DNA of 64,000 bases from Podarcis pityusensis. Its lineage: Eukaryota. Every line of letters starts with the position of its first letter. Position 1 is the stretch's first letter. Made by a program: the position numbers and the translations under genes. The notes under the pieces are model-generated. The model ran no database searches, was not told where the DNA came from, and worked only from the letters and a program-made list of their open reading frames with translations. Below are positions 48,221-59,835 of this stretch, in pieces. The stretch lies in the NCBI GenBank assembly GCA_964106645.2, contig OZ067052.1. One strand, given 5' to 3'.

Positions 48221-48360
48221 TTCATAGAATCATGGAGTTGGGAGAGACCACGAGGGTCATCTAGTCCAACCCCCTGCAATGAAGGAATATTTTGCCCAGT
48301 GTGGGACTTAAACCCACAACCCTGAGATTAAGAGTCTCGTAATCTACCTGCTGAGCCATA
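48221..48360 (-). mobile_element. SINE with tRNA-Lys(CTT)-like head and CR1 tail
   Basis: Reverse complement TGGCTCAGCAGGTAGATTACGAGACTCTTAATCTCAGGGTTGTGGGTTTAAGTCCCACACTGGGC, then cattgcagggggttggactagatga...gattctatgaa. Confidence 0.88.
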
Positions 48361-48473
48361 TCCATCTTTTTTAATCCTGATAGCTGGTGTAAGCAGCATC
48401 TGAGGACTGCCAGTTCTTTGTCCTAGGGCCCAAACAAGACCTGGCCTCAGAAGAAGAATGAGGCCACCTTACT

Positions 48474-48571
48474 GAACCTATGTAAGTCTGGATGTGTGGA
48501 AGGGTGACTGCCTGGGAACTACAAATATGCCATATTGGAAAGAGATGTGTGATACAAAACTAAATTAAAAA
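48474..48571 (+). mobile_element. Degenerate 5S-derived SINE-like copy
   Basis: gaacctatg...tggaagggtgactgcctgggaact resembles the 5S box C region. Confidence 0.45.
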
Positions 48572-49955
48572 CATTTCCTAGACACATTTGTGACAAGCAC
48601 TCTCTATCAGATCCCAAGAAGCCACATCCTTGCAGAGCTCAGACAGATGGTTCCCAAAGAAGGAGAAGTGCTTGCTGGCCTGCCTGGGAACTGCCTCTTT
48701 AAGGGATGGAAATTAGTTAGGGATGGAAACCTGAAGTGATTTTTTAAAGAGCTGTCACCAATAAAGCATGCAGAGTTTTCCACCTGTCCCACTCATGCCC
48801 CATGCCAGACTCAGGAACAGCAATCCACAGAAGCCCATCAGCTAGGCTTCTCTGCAGAACTCCAGATATCTAGCCTTCTAGTTTACAGAGCAACATCAAG
48901 AATCAGCTTGCTCATCTCCTTGCCTTCAGGCTGGACAACCCCAGCTGGTCATGTATCCCTCAGAGTTTGAGGTTCCTGACAAGTCTCACATAGGAACCAG
49001 AGGAAGCCTTCTACACTTAGCTTCTAATTGTGCCTTGCACTCCCAAGCAGGACATATGGGACTTGACAGAATGACACAAAGGTCTTGAGCACTCAGAGCA
49101 CGAGAGATACAGATTTCAAAAGTATGGCCAAAAAAACCCCACTTCCAACAAGCTCCTCAGCATCAACAAGTTTTATGAACACATGCCGCTCATTTACACC
49201 GAGTCAAAGAGTCAAGTCTGGAAGTGCTTTGACAAAGCTATTGTTACCATCGCAATAGCAGGCTTTTCGGCACTGTTCAAAACTAACAGTTAAGAAGTAC
49301 AATTGGCAACTGACAACTTCAGGTTTCCCCTCTTTTCTTCTGCACTCACTTTTTTCCATAGAGACCCAATCTCTCTTCCCCTCTTTTTCTCCCCAAGATG
49401 TATGTTTTCAACTCAGATATAATGTCGAGGGTGTCAAGGTCACACTGAAAAGAGTGTTTTAAAGCTTTCACAGTAAATCCAGTGCAGCATGCAGCAGACA
49501 TTTTGTTTAGTATTACCTCCAGAATTACAGATGGCCACACAAAAAACAACCCGTAGCTCACAGAAGAAGAGTTTTTAACAGCACCAACTTTACTTCACTT
49601 TGTCACTTTCCCTAAACCAGCGAAGTTTGTCAGACTCTGAAGGCTGAGCCGAAAGAATTGCATACAATACATTCCATCATTCACTGTGCACAGCCTCCAC
49701 TGCCCTTTCCCTAGCGCCCCCCTGGCAACATCATGGCCAGGCAAGGAGTCAACTTTGTCCTCCAGACTAATTTCCTGATGCTCAGAAAGGAAATCAACTC
49801 TACATAGTCATGACTTTGGCTGGCTTCAATCAATAATCTCCATAACTTACCAGTGCAAGTTTTCAATGGTTTCAAACTACATTTGCCCTTTACAGGGAGA
49901 TAAAATAAACACAGAAAAAAGGTGGTCCTAATCCAGGGCTGCTGAGTAAGATAAA

Positions 49956-50002
49956 GAAGGAAGGAAGGAAGGAAGGAAGGAAGGAAGGAAGGAAGGAAGG
50001 AA
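49956..50002. repeat. (GGAA)n microsatellite
   Basis: Direct read. Confidence 0.98.
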
Positions 50003-52279
50003 AAAGCGAGAACTGATTCCAGTTTAACTGCTTGTGCATTTGATCAACACTGCTCTCAAAGCAGAGAGACACAAAGCAACAGATACATTAAAAGGAAACT
50101 CATTTCTGATCAGCAGTGTCAAGTACTCAAGAGCAGACTGTCTTGTTTGCAGTCAGTTTTTCTACCAGCCTGCCAGACTTTTAATCCATTAACCATCAGT
50201 TGTGTCTGTGGGAAGATACACATCAGTGGTAAAAGAGGAGAGCGAGAAAGAAAATAGTTTAAGGCCAAATGCATGTTATCTTTGAGACTGGAATTCTATA
50301 TTTACATGTCAAGAATAAAAATAAACACTTGCTGGTGAGCCTCTTTTTTGAGGTGGGGAGGAACACTATATTAGAATACATTTTTAAACGACTGGTTACC
50401 TTTATATCCCACCCTTTCCCCCAGGCATCTCGGAATGGCAGTTTTGCTTCACACAGTGAGTTTCATGGCTAAGCTGGAATGTGAACCAAAGGTTTCCTGT
50501 ACACAAAAGCCTAGCCCTCTGGACCAGGGAAATCAAACTGGCTATCCCTGGAACTAATATGAAACACAAAGCAATTATTATTGTTGTTACTATACCTATA
50601 TTAAGCTGTCTCATAACACTGTTCTGAGGGCAACTCACAGATATTTTATAGTCACACTTCTAAATGTTTATTCAGAATAAACATGAGTTGGACAAAAGAA
50701 AAAAGAAAAAGGTGAACCAAACCATCAGCGCTCTCCAGGGCTTCAGACAAGAGCATCCCACTCACCATGAGTTAGACTTCTGGATCTCACAGAAACTACC
50801 ACCATGAAGAATGGGTTATACGATGTTGCCCCTAGTGGGGCAGCACAGTATTCTTAATAGTGGTAGTTTCTACACTGAGATCCAGAGAAAGGAGAGTTCG
50901 TTCTGAAAGCAAAGCATGTGCTCTAGGCTTGGTGCAAAGACTTTCCTTTCTTATTTTCCTTCTGACAGTGGCCTCATTCACACATAACAACAAGCCTTGG
51001 TTAATGGCTTAATGGGATGAAGTAGCATGCTAGTGCCTGCTGCCCAATCACTCTCTCTTTCCTCCTCCCCAGATGCACTGGCTTGCAGAGGAGCCCCCAG
51101 GGCAAGGCAGGTCGCTCACCAAGGATTACTCCTAGTAACAACTTGCTCTGACAAAGGTTGGAAGCAAACACAGGCACTTGGAGGCTCTGCTTCCCAGTTC
51201 ACCTCTCCTAGGCTCCACCCCTTTGTGGAAAACAGGGCTCTCTTATTAAAGGGCCAACATTTTAAGGCCTCCTACCTAGTGCATTCTCTGCGCTGTTGGA
51301 TTGGCCAGGTACTGTGGACAGTATTCTGTTCCTCAAGTCCGAGGAAGACACTGTGAATATTCTACCCTTGGTTTCACAGACCCTGGTGCTGTGGGATCTG
51401 GTTCAGCAAGCTCCTGCCTTCCCAACCTCAAGGTTCAGCTGGCCTCTCAACAACATGAGGCTCAGAGCAAGGAACCCGGTCTGGCTCCTTAGCTGGTAGC
51501 ACTGTAGCCTCAGACTTTGTGTCCTGATCACGGATGGACTCTGGAGTCATGACAAAGATTGTTATCTCTCTTGAAGAAATTCTGGTCATGGTTTGCTAGC
51601 AAGGAGGGGGGAAACCCAAATTCCCAGGTCCAGGGGTAACATCAAGCCAAGGATTCATGATTTGTACTTCTGCTTGCACCAAGAGAAAAGTGAAGTAGGA
51701 GTGATAAGATGCACTAGAATGGCTTATCCGTGTGTGGACTAGTCTTCATTTACTCCTGATTTCTAGTACAAAATGAGAGACCTGAATGAATCCTGGCCGG
51801 GTTTCATACTCATACAAAGTTACTTCAAGGTACTTGGCATTCCCTTTAGGGAACTTTGTTTACTTCACACCTTTGAGACCAAAATAACCTACCTGGTCTG
51901 GAGCAAAGACCTTGTTTCTAATCTTAGCTCTATCTCCCACCTCCAAAAGCTTCCCATCACCTTTCTTCTTAAATAAGTCACTTTGACTTCCTTCCCCTCC
52001 ACCTTGTCTTGTATATTTAGGTGTTAACCCTGTTCAAGCAGACACCATGTCTGCTTCTCGACAGTGCCTTTTTCATGGGGCCTGTTTCTGTCTAACTTTG
52101 AGCATTTTTAAAAATAGGGTTAGCAGACTTTCTGTGAGTTCATGGAGCCTCTTAGGAGGAAAGAAACTTATTAGGCCATAGGCCTATTGGCCTTTTTATG
52201 CTAAACTGTTTTTGTGAGTTTGTCACTACCATATTGTTATTTATTCTACTAAAACAAATGATTGATCTGGTCTATGATC

Positions 52280-52341
52280 TAGTTGAGCTTCCTGCATTGC
52301 AGGGGGTTTGACTAGATGACCCTCACAGGCCTGTCCAACTC
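52280..52341 (+). mobile_element. CR1 3' tail (a second short tail at ~52597-52646)
   Basis: cctgcattgcagggggtttgactagatgacc...attctatgattctatg. Confidence 0.85.
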
Positions 52342-53874
52342 TACAATTCTATGATTCTATGTTAGGAATTGAGCATTATTGTATTAACTACTGAAATTAA
52401 TAAAACCACTGAATACTCAGCTAGATTCCTTTTTCATTTTTGTACTGTTATGGGGCGGAAGTTGGGAGTGATGTTATTGTTAATACATTTACATCTGCTG
52501 TGAAGCACCTTGAGTGCAGTAACTGTGGGAAAGGAGTATAAAGACAAAAACATGTCATGACTCAAGTATGCTGCCAGATGTGAGCATCAATGAAACTGGT
52601 GGACTGGATGACCTGTGAGGTACCTTCCAACTCTATAGTTCTATGAAGCTGTTCAGGTGTTCAAATCTTTGTTTGAGGTCTGTTCTTCTTTGTTTGATGG
52701 GAACTGTAGTCTAAGGACTCATGGAAGGAGACAGTCTCTCCATCTGTGATTTACAATGACTGATACAGCGGTCGGCTTGAAGAACAGAAGGCTTTAGAGA
52801 AATCTAAGAGTGGCTGGTTGGCTGGGCATGGGTTGCTGTTGTCCACCCACAGAAGAACACAGACAAGGTACCACTGCCTCACAATTCTGTAGGGCACTGA
52901 ACTCTGGTTCAAGAAGCATCCTTGAGTACTTTAATCCAGCTTTTCTCAGATAACACGTCAGTAGCCTCTACTGGTTGTGAGTTATAACTAGCAAACGACA
53001 GTGTTTTTCTCATGTTTCTGGTTAATACCATGTAACTGGAGCCACAACAGTAAAACACAGACATCATTAAACAAAGGGGAGAGGGAGGTAAACCTCCCCA
53101 CCCCAGACAAGCTCAAAAAGCAGATCACTGTGAAAGACAGAAACAATCCTGCTGAAGCAGTGCCTCCACACAGGGGTCCTTAGATGCAGCCAGTATAAAG
53201 CGCCTTTGACTTTGACGCGCTTCGCAATGGAGACACAGATGAAGTGGAAGATACTGTTTGCTGGGAGCATGTAGATACAATCCCCTACACCTACTTTTAT
53301 TCTTTTTAATCATTTCATACGGTTAATGTACAACATTCAAAGGGGCTGAGAAAGCACAAACAGTCTGCTCCAAGAAAATGCATTGTTTTTCTTTAACAAC
53401 ATTAGTTAAAAAAAAGAAGGATGAAGCAGCAGCAGCTCAAGAGCTAATCAGGACTCTTAAGGCATGATGCTCTCTGCCATCTCTCTAACATCATTTTCTC
53501 TTCATTACTGCCTAATACGGTTTCCAATTGTTGTATTATAATATGTTGGTACCTGGGGCTAGGGTTCTGGGGGCAGAACTCAGGGATTTTGGAAGGGGCT
53601 GAGAATGCCTATTATCCTAAGAACATGTTTAATCTGTGTTTCCAGTAACTAACACTGGGTTCAGTTCATGTGCAGAACTAATTGTGATAAAATGAGGGCA
53701 GAGAGAGAGGTATTCTCGGTGGCTCCCCCTGAAACTATGTCCAACAACCATGGTATCCTTCTGGATTGTTTGCTGGGATTGGGGGCTTGGTGCAGCTGTT
53801 TTGGGTGGCTCCAATCTTTCTTGAAGGAAGATCTGGTGCTGGAGGCTTGATGCCTTGGCCTATGGCATGAAAAA

Positions 53875-53990
53875 ACAACATGGCAGCCCCCAGCTGTTGT
53901 GGACTACAACTTCCATCATTCCTTTCCACTGGGCTAGCTGATTGGATTTGATGGAAGCTGCACACAACATCTAGAGGGCACCATGCTGCT
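53875..53990. mobile_element. Decayed hAT MITE
   Basis: ggactacaacttccatca ... tgatggaagctg...caacatctagagggcacca, same family type as 13758. Confidence 0.6.
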
Positions 53991-54330
53991 TGCTTTCTGA
54001 GATAATCTATGAAGGTTGGTCCCAATGTGCAAAAAGGACATTTTCTGTAGTGATACCTGCTATGTGTCCCTTGAAATTAAATTATCTCCTCCTTTGCTGG
54101 CATTCTGTTATGATTTCAAAACTTTTCCTCCAGCAAGCAGTTAAAGTTAGCACTCTTCACAGAAGAGGCATCCTCCTACCCCAGGTGTAAAGAGACGGGG
54201 AAGAATGTTTATTTTCACTAGACACCTCCAGCTGGCTCATTTCCCCCCCCCCCCCAATTTTTTTTCGTTATTCCAATTCATTTTATTTTTATCAACCAGC
54301 CATCATGCAATTTCAGTGAAAAGTCATCCA

Positions 54331-55009
54331 GTTATTGGCATCAGTCTTTCTCGAAAGACAATGGAGTGTGCTTCAAAGGGTGAAGTCAAACCGCTGCGTT
54401 AGCAGCATCAAAGTGACCTCTCTGGAGTGCAAGTTTGGGCACTGTGTATGGGAGTCCATGGCTGCCAAGATGACAACATTCAGTAACATGGTCCAAAGGA
54501 AAGCAGAGCAATGTGCCTGGCATCAGCATGGCTGCAGGAGTTGCCAGAAGGAGGCAACTGAGAGCCAATGTGGTGTAGTGGTTAAGAGCGATAGACTCGT
54601 AATCTGGGGAACCGGGTTTGCGTCTCCGCTCCTCTACATGCAGCTGCTGCTGGGTGACCTTGGGCCAGTCACACTTCTTTGAAGTCTCTCAGCCCCACTC
54701 ACCTCACAGAGTGTTTGTTGTGGTGGAGGAAGGGAAAGGAGAATGTTAGCCGCTTTGAGACTCCTTATGATAGTGATAAAGCGGGATATCAAATCCAAAC
54801 TCTTCAAACTCTTCACACAAGGCACCATCCAACTGTCTTAGGGACTCCACTCTGGATTTGGGTACGTTTTACTCCTTAGCCTTTTCTTCTCCCAAAGATA
54901 TTCCTTCCACAAGACAGCGGAGGTTTAGGATCAGAGTTTTCCTTCTCGTAGACTGGCTACCTTCCCAGGTTTCTGAGCCCCATCTGCCTCTCACTTCCCT
55001 CTACAGCAT
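54331..55009 (-). mobile_element. Non-autonomous RTE-derived retroposon interrupted by a SINE
   Basis: Colinear with 40091-40462. The extension contains the reverse complement of an RTE 5'UTR-like ccagtctacgagaaggaaaactctga. Confidence 0.7.
54560..54814 (+). mobile_element. Near-intact Squam3-type tRNA SINE
   Basis: GAGAGCCAATGTGGTGTAGTGGTTAAGAGC (A box), ctgggtgaccttgggc and cctcacagagtg core, L2-type aaagcgggatatcaaat end with a (caaactctt)x2 tail. Confidence 0.88.
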
Positions 55010-56157
55010 TTAGATTCATATTGGACAGGACTCCACATAATTATGATCATACACACTAAAAGATACAGGCTTCTGAGGGGGAAAGTAAAATACAAATGAA
55101 ATGTCTATTAAAAAAAAAGATGAAACACAAAAGTTATGAAACTCATTTCCTGACCTTTGCATGACATAAGCATTGAGACAAATTCCTTTATATAATCCTT
55201 TTGGAAATAAATATATTGTATGTATGTAGGATCTATTTTAGGAATCCCACTGTATCATCCAACAATTAAATTGTTTCAATATTTACAGTGCCTTAGGCTG
55301 CCAAGTTTGAAGTTAGAGTAATGCAATAGTTATTTAAAAGAAAAAACTAGAAACAAGGAGGTAAAAGAGCTCCCAGAGGCCCCTGGGCGGAAGTACCCAA
55401 TGTCAGGAAGCATTTGTTTTTATTTCCTCTGCGCCAAATGAATTTTACTCGTGGCGGTGGTTTAAAGCTGGACCGAATCCATACAGAAGCTAACCAGAAG
55501 CATTTGTTTCTTAAATAAATGCCTCTGCTGGGAACAAGCTATATATAAAGAGGAAACCTCTTTTCTTAACAGCCATATGCTACACAGCCAGCATGCTATT
55601 TACTGCTTTAAAAATAAAATAAAAAGTGAGAGAGGTGAGTAGCTTTAGGTTCCCAACAAAAAGCATTCAACGCATACACAAACACCCCCATGCACATTTC
55701 TGCATTTGGATATTTCAATCGAGATACTAAAAATTCAAGCCAGGATCACGACTCCCCTCAGAGTTTGAATGTGAGCTTTACACACCACACATTCAGGAAA
55801 GGGATAGGAGAGTGACGCATGCCTAGAATGGCATTTCTGCTTTTCCTGAGTGAATAGTTTGATGCCACCCCAGCTCCCTTTCCCCACTGTAACAAAGTAC
55901 ATGTAACTGCAATAATCACGTATTCTCCCCATTTACCCCTACACCTTTTACAGCTAAAAGCAATAATTGACATCACTGTCTCCGATACCATGTTCACTAA
56001 AGTATGCCAAAAGCCACTTATTATGTCAAGAATGCAGGTTGGGAAGAACAACATGAAATGTGGCCCTTCCTAGACTATACTTGTGAAATGCTCACATGGT
56101 GTGACATGCCATCTTAAGTTCCCCAACAAATAAAATATGATTTGCTTTTTCAAAGTA

Positions 56158-56430
56158 CCGTATTTTTCGCCCTATAGGACGCAGAGAGCTCAGCGCGCCC
56201 AGGCTTCAGCATGCAGGCAACTCTCCGCAAGCCGCAGGAGCCCAGCGCCGGGCTCCCGCGCCTTGCGGAGAGCTGCGCAAAGCCTGGAGAGCGAGAGGGG
56301 TCGGTGCGCACCGACCCCTCTCGCTCTCCAGGCTTCAGCGAAAGCCTGCATTCGCCCCATAGGACACACACACATTTCCCCTTCATTTTTGGAGGGGGAA
56401 AAGTGCGTCCTATAGGGCAAAAAAATACGG
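56158..56430. mobile_element. Tc2/pogo-type MITE, same family as 37702-38115, inverted
   Basis: TA|CCGTATTTTTCGCCCTATAGGACGCA ... TGCGTCCTATAGGGCAAAAAAATACGG|TA. Confidence 0.93.
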
Positions 56431-58452
56431 TAACTTAATTTTGGTTTGCCAATACATTAGAGGTGCATTCTGAGAAGAAGTTCTGTGCTTCAGACTAAAA
56501 TGTGCAAGTTCCTGATTATAATTCACTTTTTGGAATGGCTGTGTTAAATGGTTCGGCTTCAGATATCATGCAGGAAGGGGTTAAATTAAGAGATTACTAA
56601 TCTGGCCATCAAGTGAACAAGACCTTGCATAAGATTATCAGGGCAGCCAGACAGAGGCAGCTGCCTCCATCAACAGCACAGAACCAGCTCATGCCAAGGC
56701 TTTAACCCTTTCCTTGCACAATTATTTATGCGAGTGTGAACAAATGAAATGGCAGGGCCCACAGTATGCTCATTCACACCCTTTGTTATCTGCAGCTAAA
56801 CGTAATGGAAAAAATTGACTGTTTGCTTGACGCAATAGGGCATGACTCTGTTTACACAGAAATAATAGCTAAACACTGATGGATTCTAAATCTCCATTAC
56901 GGCAAAAGATTTGAAAGAGTAAAGCGGTTAGGGAAAATAATTAGCTCTCCCGTTTGGATTTTTAAAGAGCTTTTCACACATTTGATGGAACGACGTGGCC
57001 CTCTTCACTACTGGTTGGCTCTGCAGGGATAGTCAGTTTTAAATGCACAACCAAAGGAACCCTTCAGCTCACATAAGGATAAGTGAAGCAGGGCCATTCT
57101 TTGCCATTAATCCTGAAGGCCTGGAAAGCCCCAGGAGATGTCCGATCTATGCTTCCTAAATGCTGTTGGACTACCTCATAACAGAAATAATAAATTCTGA
57201 TATAAAGCCAGGCTTCAATGAGATAAATATATAAGCTCTACATGTCACTGCTTGGATTTGCAGGGCTGAAAAGCACTGTTTCCTCAGTGCTGCACACCTA
57301 CAGACAGATGGCAACAACTAAGGCTGTGCTGAATTTCCACCCATTTTTTTTTTCCTCCCAGCAAAAGGGTATGGAGGAGTTTCACAATGCTAACACCCAC
57401 CTGCTTGTTAATGTACCACTTGACACCTGCTCACAGAGGCTTAGGCACTGGGTTTGCTTCTGTTCAATACACAAAGCCTTCTTACTGAGGAAATCCCAGC
57501 CACTCAAGAATCACATGATCAGAGTGATGACATCACATTATGACAGAGCCTTGGCTACATGATACCGTAGGGAGATTAAAGTTTCTTGCATTTGCTGTGC
57601 ATGGGGGGATGTTTGCAACCCAAACCATTGTGAATATGGGAGGAGGTGTCATTTTTGCACTGTGTGAGAGCGATATTTTAATAAAACATCTCCTCCCACA
57701 CACCACGTTTTCTTCTCCACCCTATCAGCAGGTATCAATGTCATTAATTTACAGGTGAAAATATCTGATGGAGAAAGGCATTCCCATGAGATTATATGGA
57801 ATGCCAGGAGGGGGAAAAACCTAGGGGTTGGCAAGGATGGCCCCTGCCAAGGGCGCAGGCCCAGGGGGGGCACAAAACTCACACTTCTCCACTCTGGCTC
57901 AAAGTAATTGCCCATTTGCCTGCTCCCTGGGCAACTCCTGTGCTGCTCAGGGTTTTCCAGGAGGAAGGCAGGAATAGCTCCTTGCCAAGGGTGCAAGGGA
58001 GTCTAAGTATGCCTCTGAATGGCAGTAGAAAGACAGATGATCAGTTTTTTCTTGCTTGCACTTCCTCACTTCTGCCCTGCCCATGCAAACATACGAATTA
58101 GGTTTTTTTTAACTCAGAAGGAACCAGATCAGGGTTGTTATTGTTCACTGAGTTCACTCCTAGTATTCCTGTTTGCTGAGTTTCCTATATTATCAAAATA
58201 CAATAAAAGCATAGAAGCATGTGAGCACTATAGAAAAAAAGTAATGACTTGTATATTGAAGAACATTTAAAACTACAATTACAAATCCATTTGAATCAAG
58301 AACAACTGATCAGAGGAATGAACTCAACCACCTGATACAGCACTTTTAACAAGTTTCTAATTATCAAATGCCTGGCGCATTTTGTAGAAATGTGTAAAAG
58401 GATTATGTAAAAATGCCATAAATGCTTCTGATATACCCCAAAAACCCAGCTA

Positions 58453-58652
58453 NNNNNNNNNNNNNNNNNNNNNNNNNNNNNNNNNNNNNNNNNNNNNNNN
58501 NNNNNNNNNNNNNNNNNNNNNNNNNNNNNNNNNNNNNNNNNNNNNNNNNNNNNNNNNNNNNNNNNNNNNNNNNNNNNNNNNNNNNNNNNNNNNNNNNNNN
58601 NNNNNNNNNNNNNNNNNNNNNNNNNNNNNNNNNNNNNNNNNNNNNNNNNNNN
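58453..58652. other. Assembly gap (200 N)
   Basis: Direct read. The round size suggests an unsized scaffold join. Confidence 0.99.
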
Positions 58653-59754
58653 AAGAAGCCTGCTGGTGACATTTGCGCTATCTCTGCGGCACACTCTGAA
58701 AAGCCCCGAGTGCGCCTATTTGAAAATCGTACCATCACTGGCAACAATGGACCACCGGCTCCCCACATTGCTTTAGGTCATATTTACATACAAAAGCACA
58801 GCCACTGTGCAGCTATTGTGCTACAAAGTTTCCATTTGTGACCCATGGTGGGCTTGGGAGAGGAGAGGTCACTGGCAAGTGTATGGAACCTACTGAGACC
58901 CCATTAATTTTTCAGGATTTCTCAGACTTTGGCCTTTTCAAACTTGGCAGGAGGAGAGAAAAAAAGAAGGGGAGGGAATCTAGTTATGAGTCTCTCTCTT
59001 CTCTCTCTCTCTCCTACCCCCCCCCCAGTAGCTCGCTCCCCTTTCAAACTGTTTTTTGTCACAACACAGAAATGAATAGAGCTTGCTCTGAACTTAACCA
59101 TGTTCCCTAATTAGAAAAAAAAAAATGGATTGCAGAGTGAAATAAGCGGCACCTTTCTAGAGGGGGGAAGTGAACAGGCTCCAGACACACTGGCGTTGCT
59201 CTGAAGTTTCTCTCTGTGGCCCAATTTCTCGAAATTTATTCCAGTTGTAAACCATTAGATGCCAATTTTGTAAATCAATCTTACGATTCAAAAGAACCGA
59301 GAGCATTTTCTGCCTAATAGACTCTGAAAATCTTTTGCCAATGCACAGCTGAGCAAATGTTATCTAAAAACATCTTTATAAATCTCCAGCTATTCTTTCA
59401 CCTCACTGCTTTTAAAAGGAGTCCAGCCAAAGGGAACGTAACCCAGGTGTTGAAGAAAGGAGAGGTAACCATTCAGAATGGAGCAATCCTCCCCTCAAAT
59501 TAACGTGCTGTGGGGTGCCTTAGGGTTCCCATGTTGGCTGGAGTAGATATATATATTTATAATCTCCAAGAGCACTTATCAGTTGTTGTTGCTGCTGCTG
59601 GAGTTTCACACTGCCTCCTTCCCGTCTGGAACAGAACAGCCCTGAAAACTATGCCCACTGGCAAAGCCTGACAATGGACGACAAGGGGCGGATAACTCAT
59701 TTGTCCTGTGACTTTTTATGAAGCATCTGGGAGATGCAGATTAAGTGAAGATCA

Positions 59755-59835
59755 TTTCCTTTTTATTGGGCCAACTCTAGCTGTTTAAAGATGTTCAGCA
59801 AGCTTCAGAGCCGCAGATGGCTCTTCATCCGGCCT
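59755..59835 (-). mobile_element. Penelope-like element pLTR fragment with degenerate minimal hammerhead
   Basis: Reverse complement: cggatga-agagcc-atctgc-ggctct-gaagcttg ... gttggcccaataaaaagg. Confidence 0.6.

Noticed and set aside
48285-48360. Functional tRNA-Lys gene (likewise tRNA-Ile at 16817)
   Set aside because: The stems and B box are damaged and the heads are fused to a CR1 tail, so these are SINEs.
48589-49068. Solo LTR (TGTGAC...TTGACA with AATAAA); a similar LTR-like stretch lies at ~4050-4330
   Set aside because: No TSD or PBS could be identified, so support is too weak to call.
49711-49729. CTCF-like TAGCGCCCCCCTGGCAAC
   Set aside because: An extra C puts the core out of register with the consensus.
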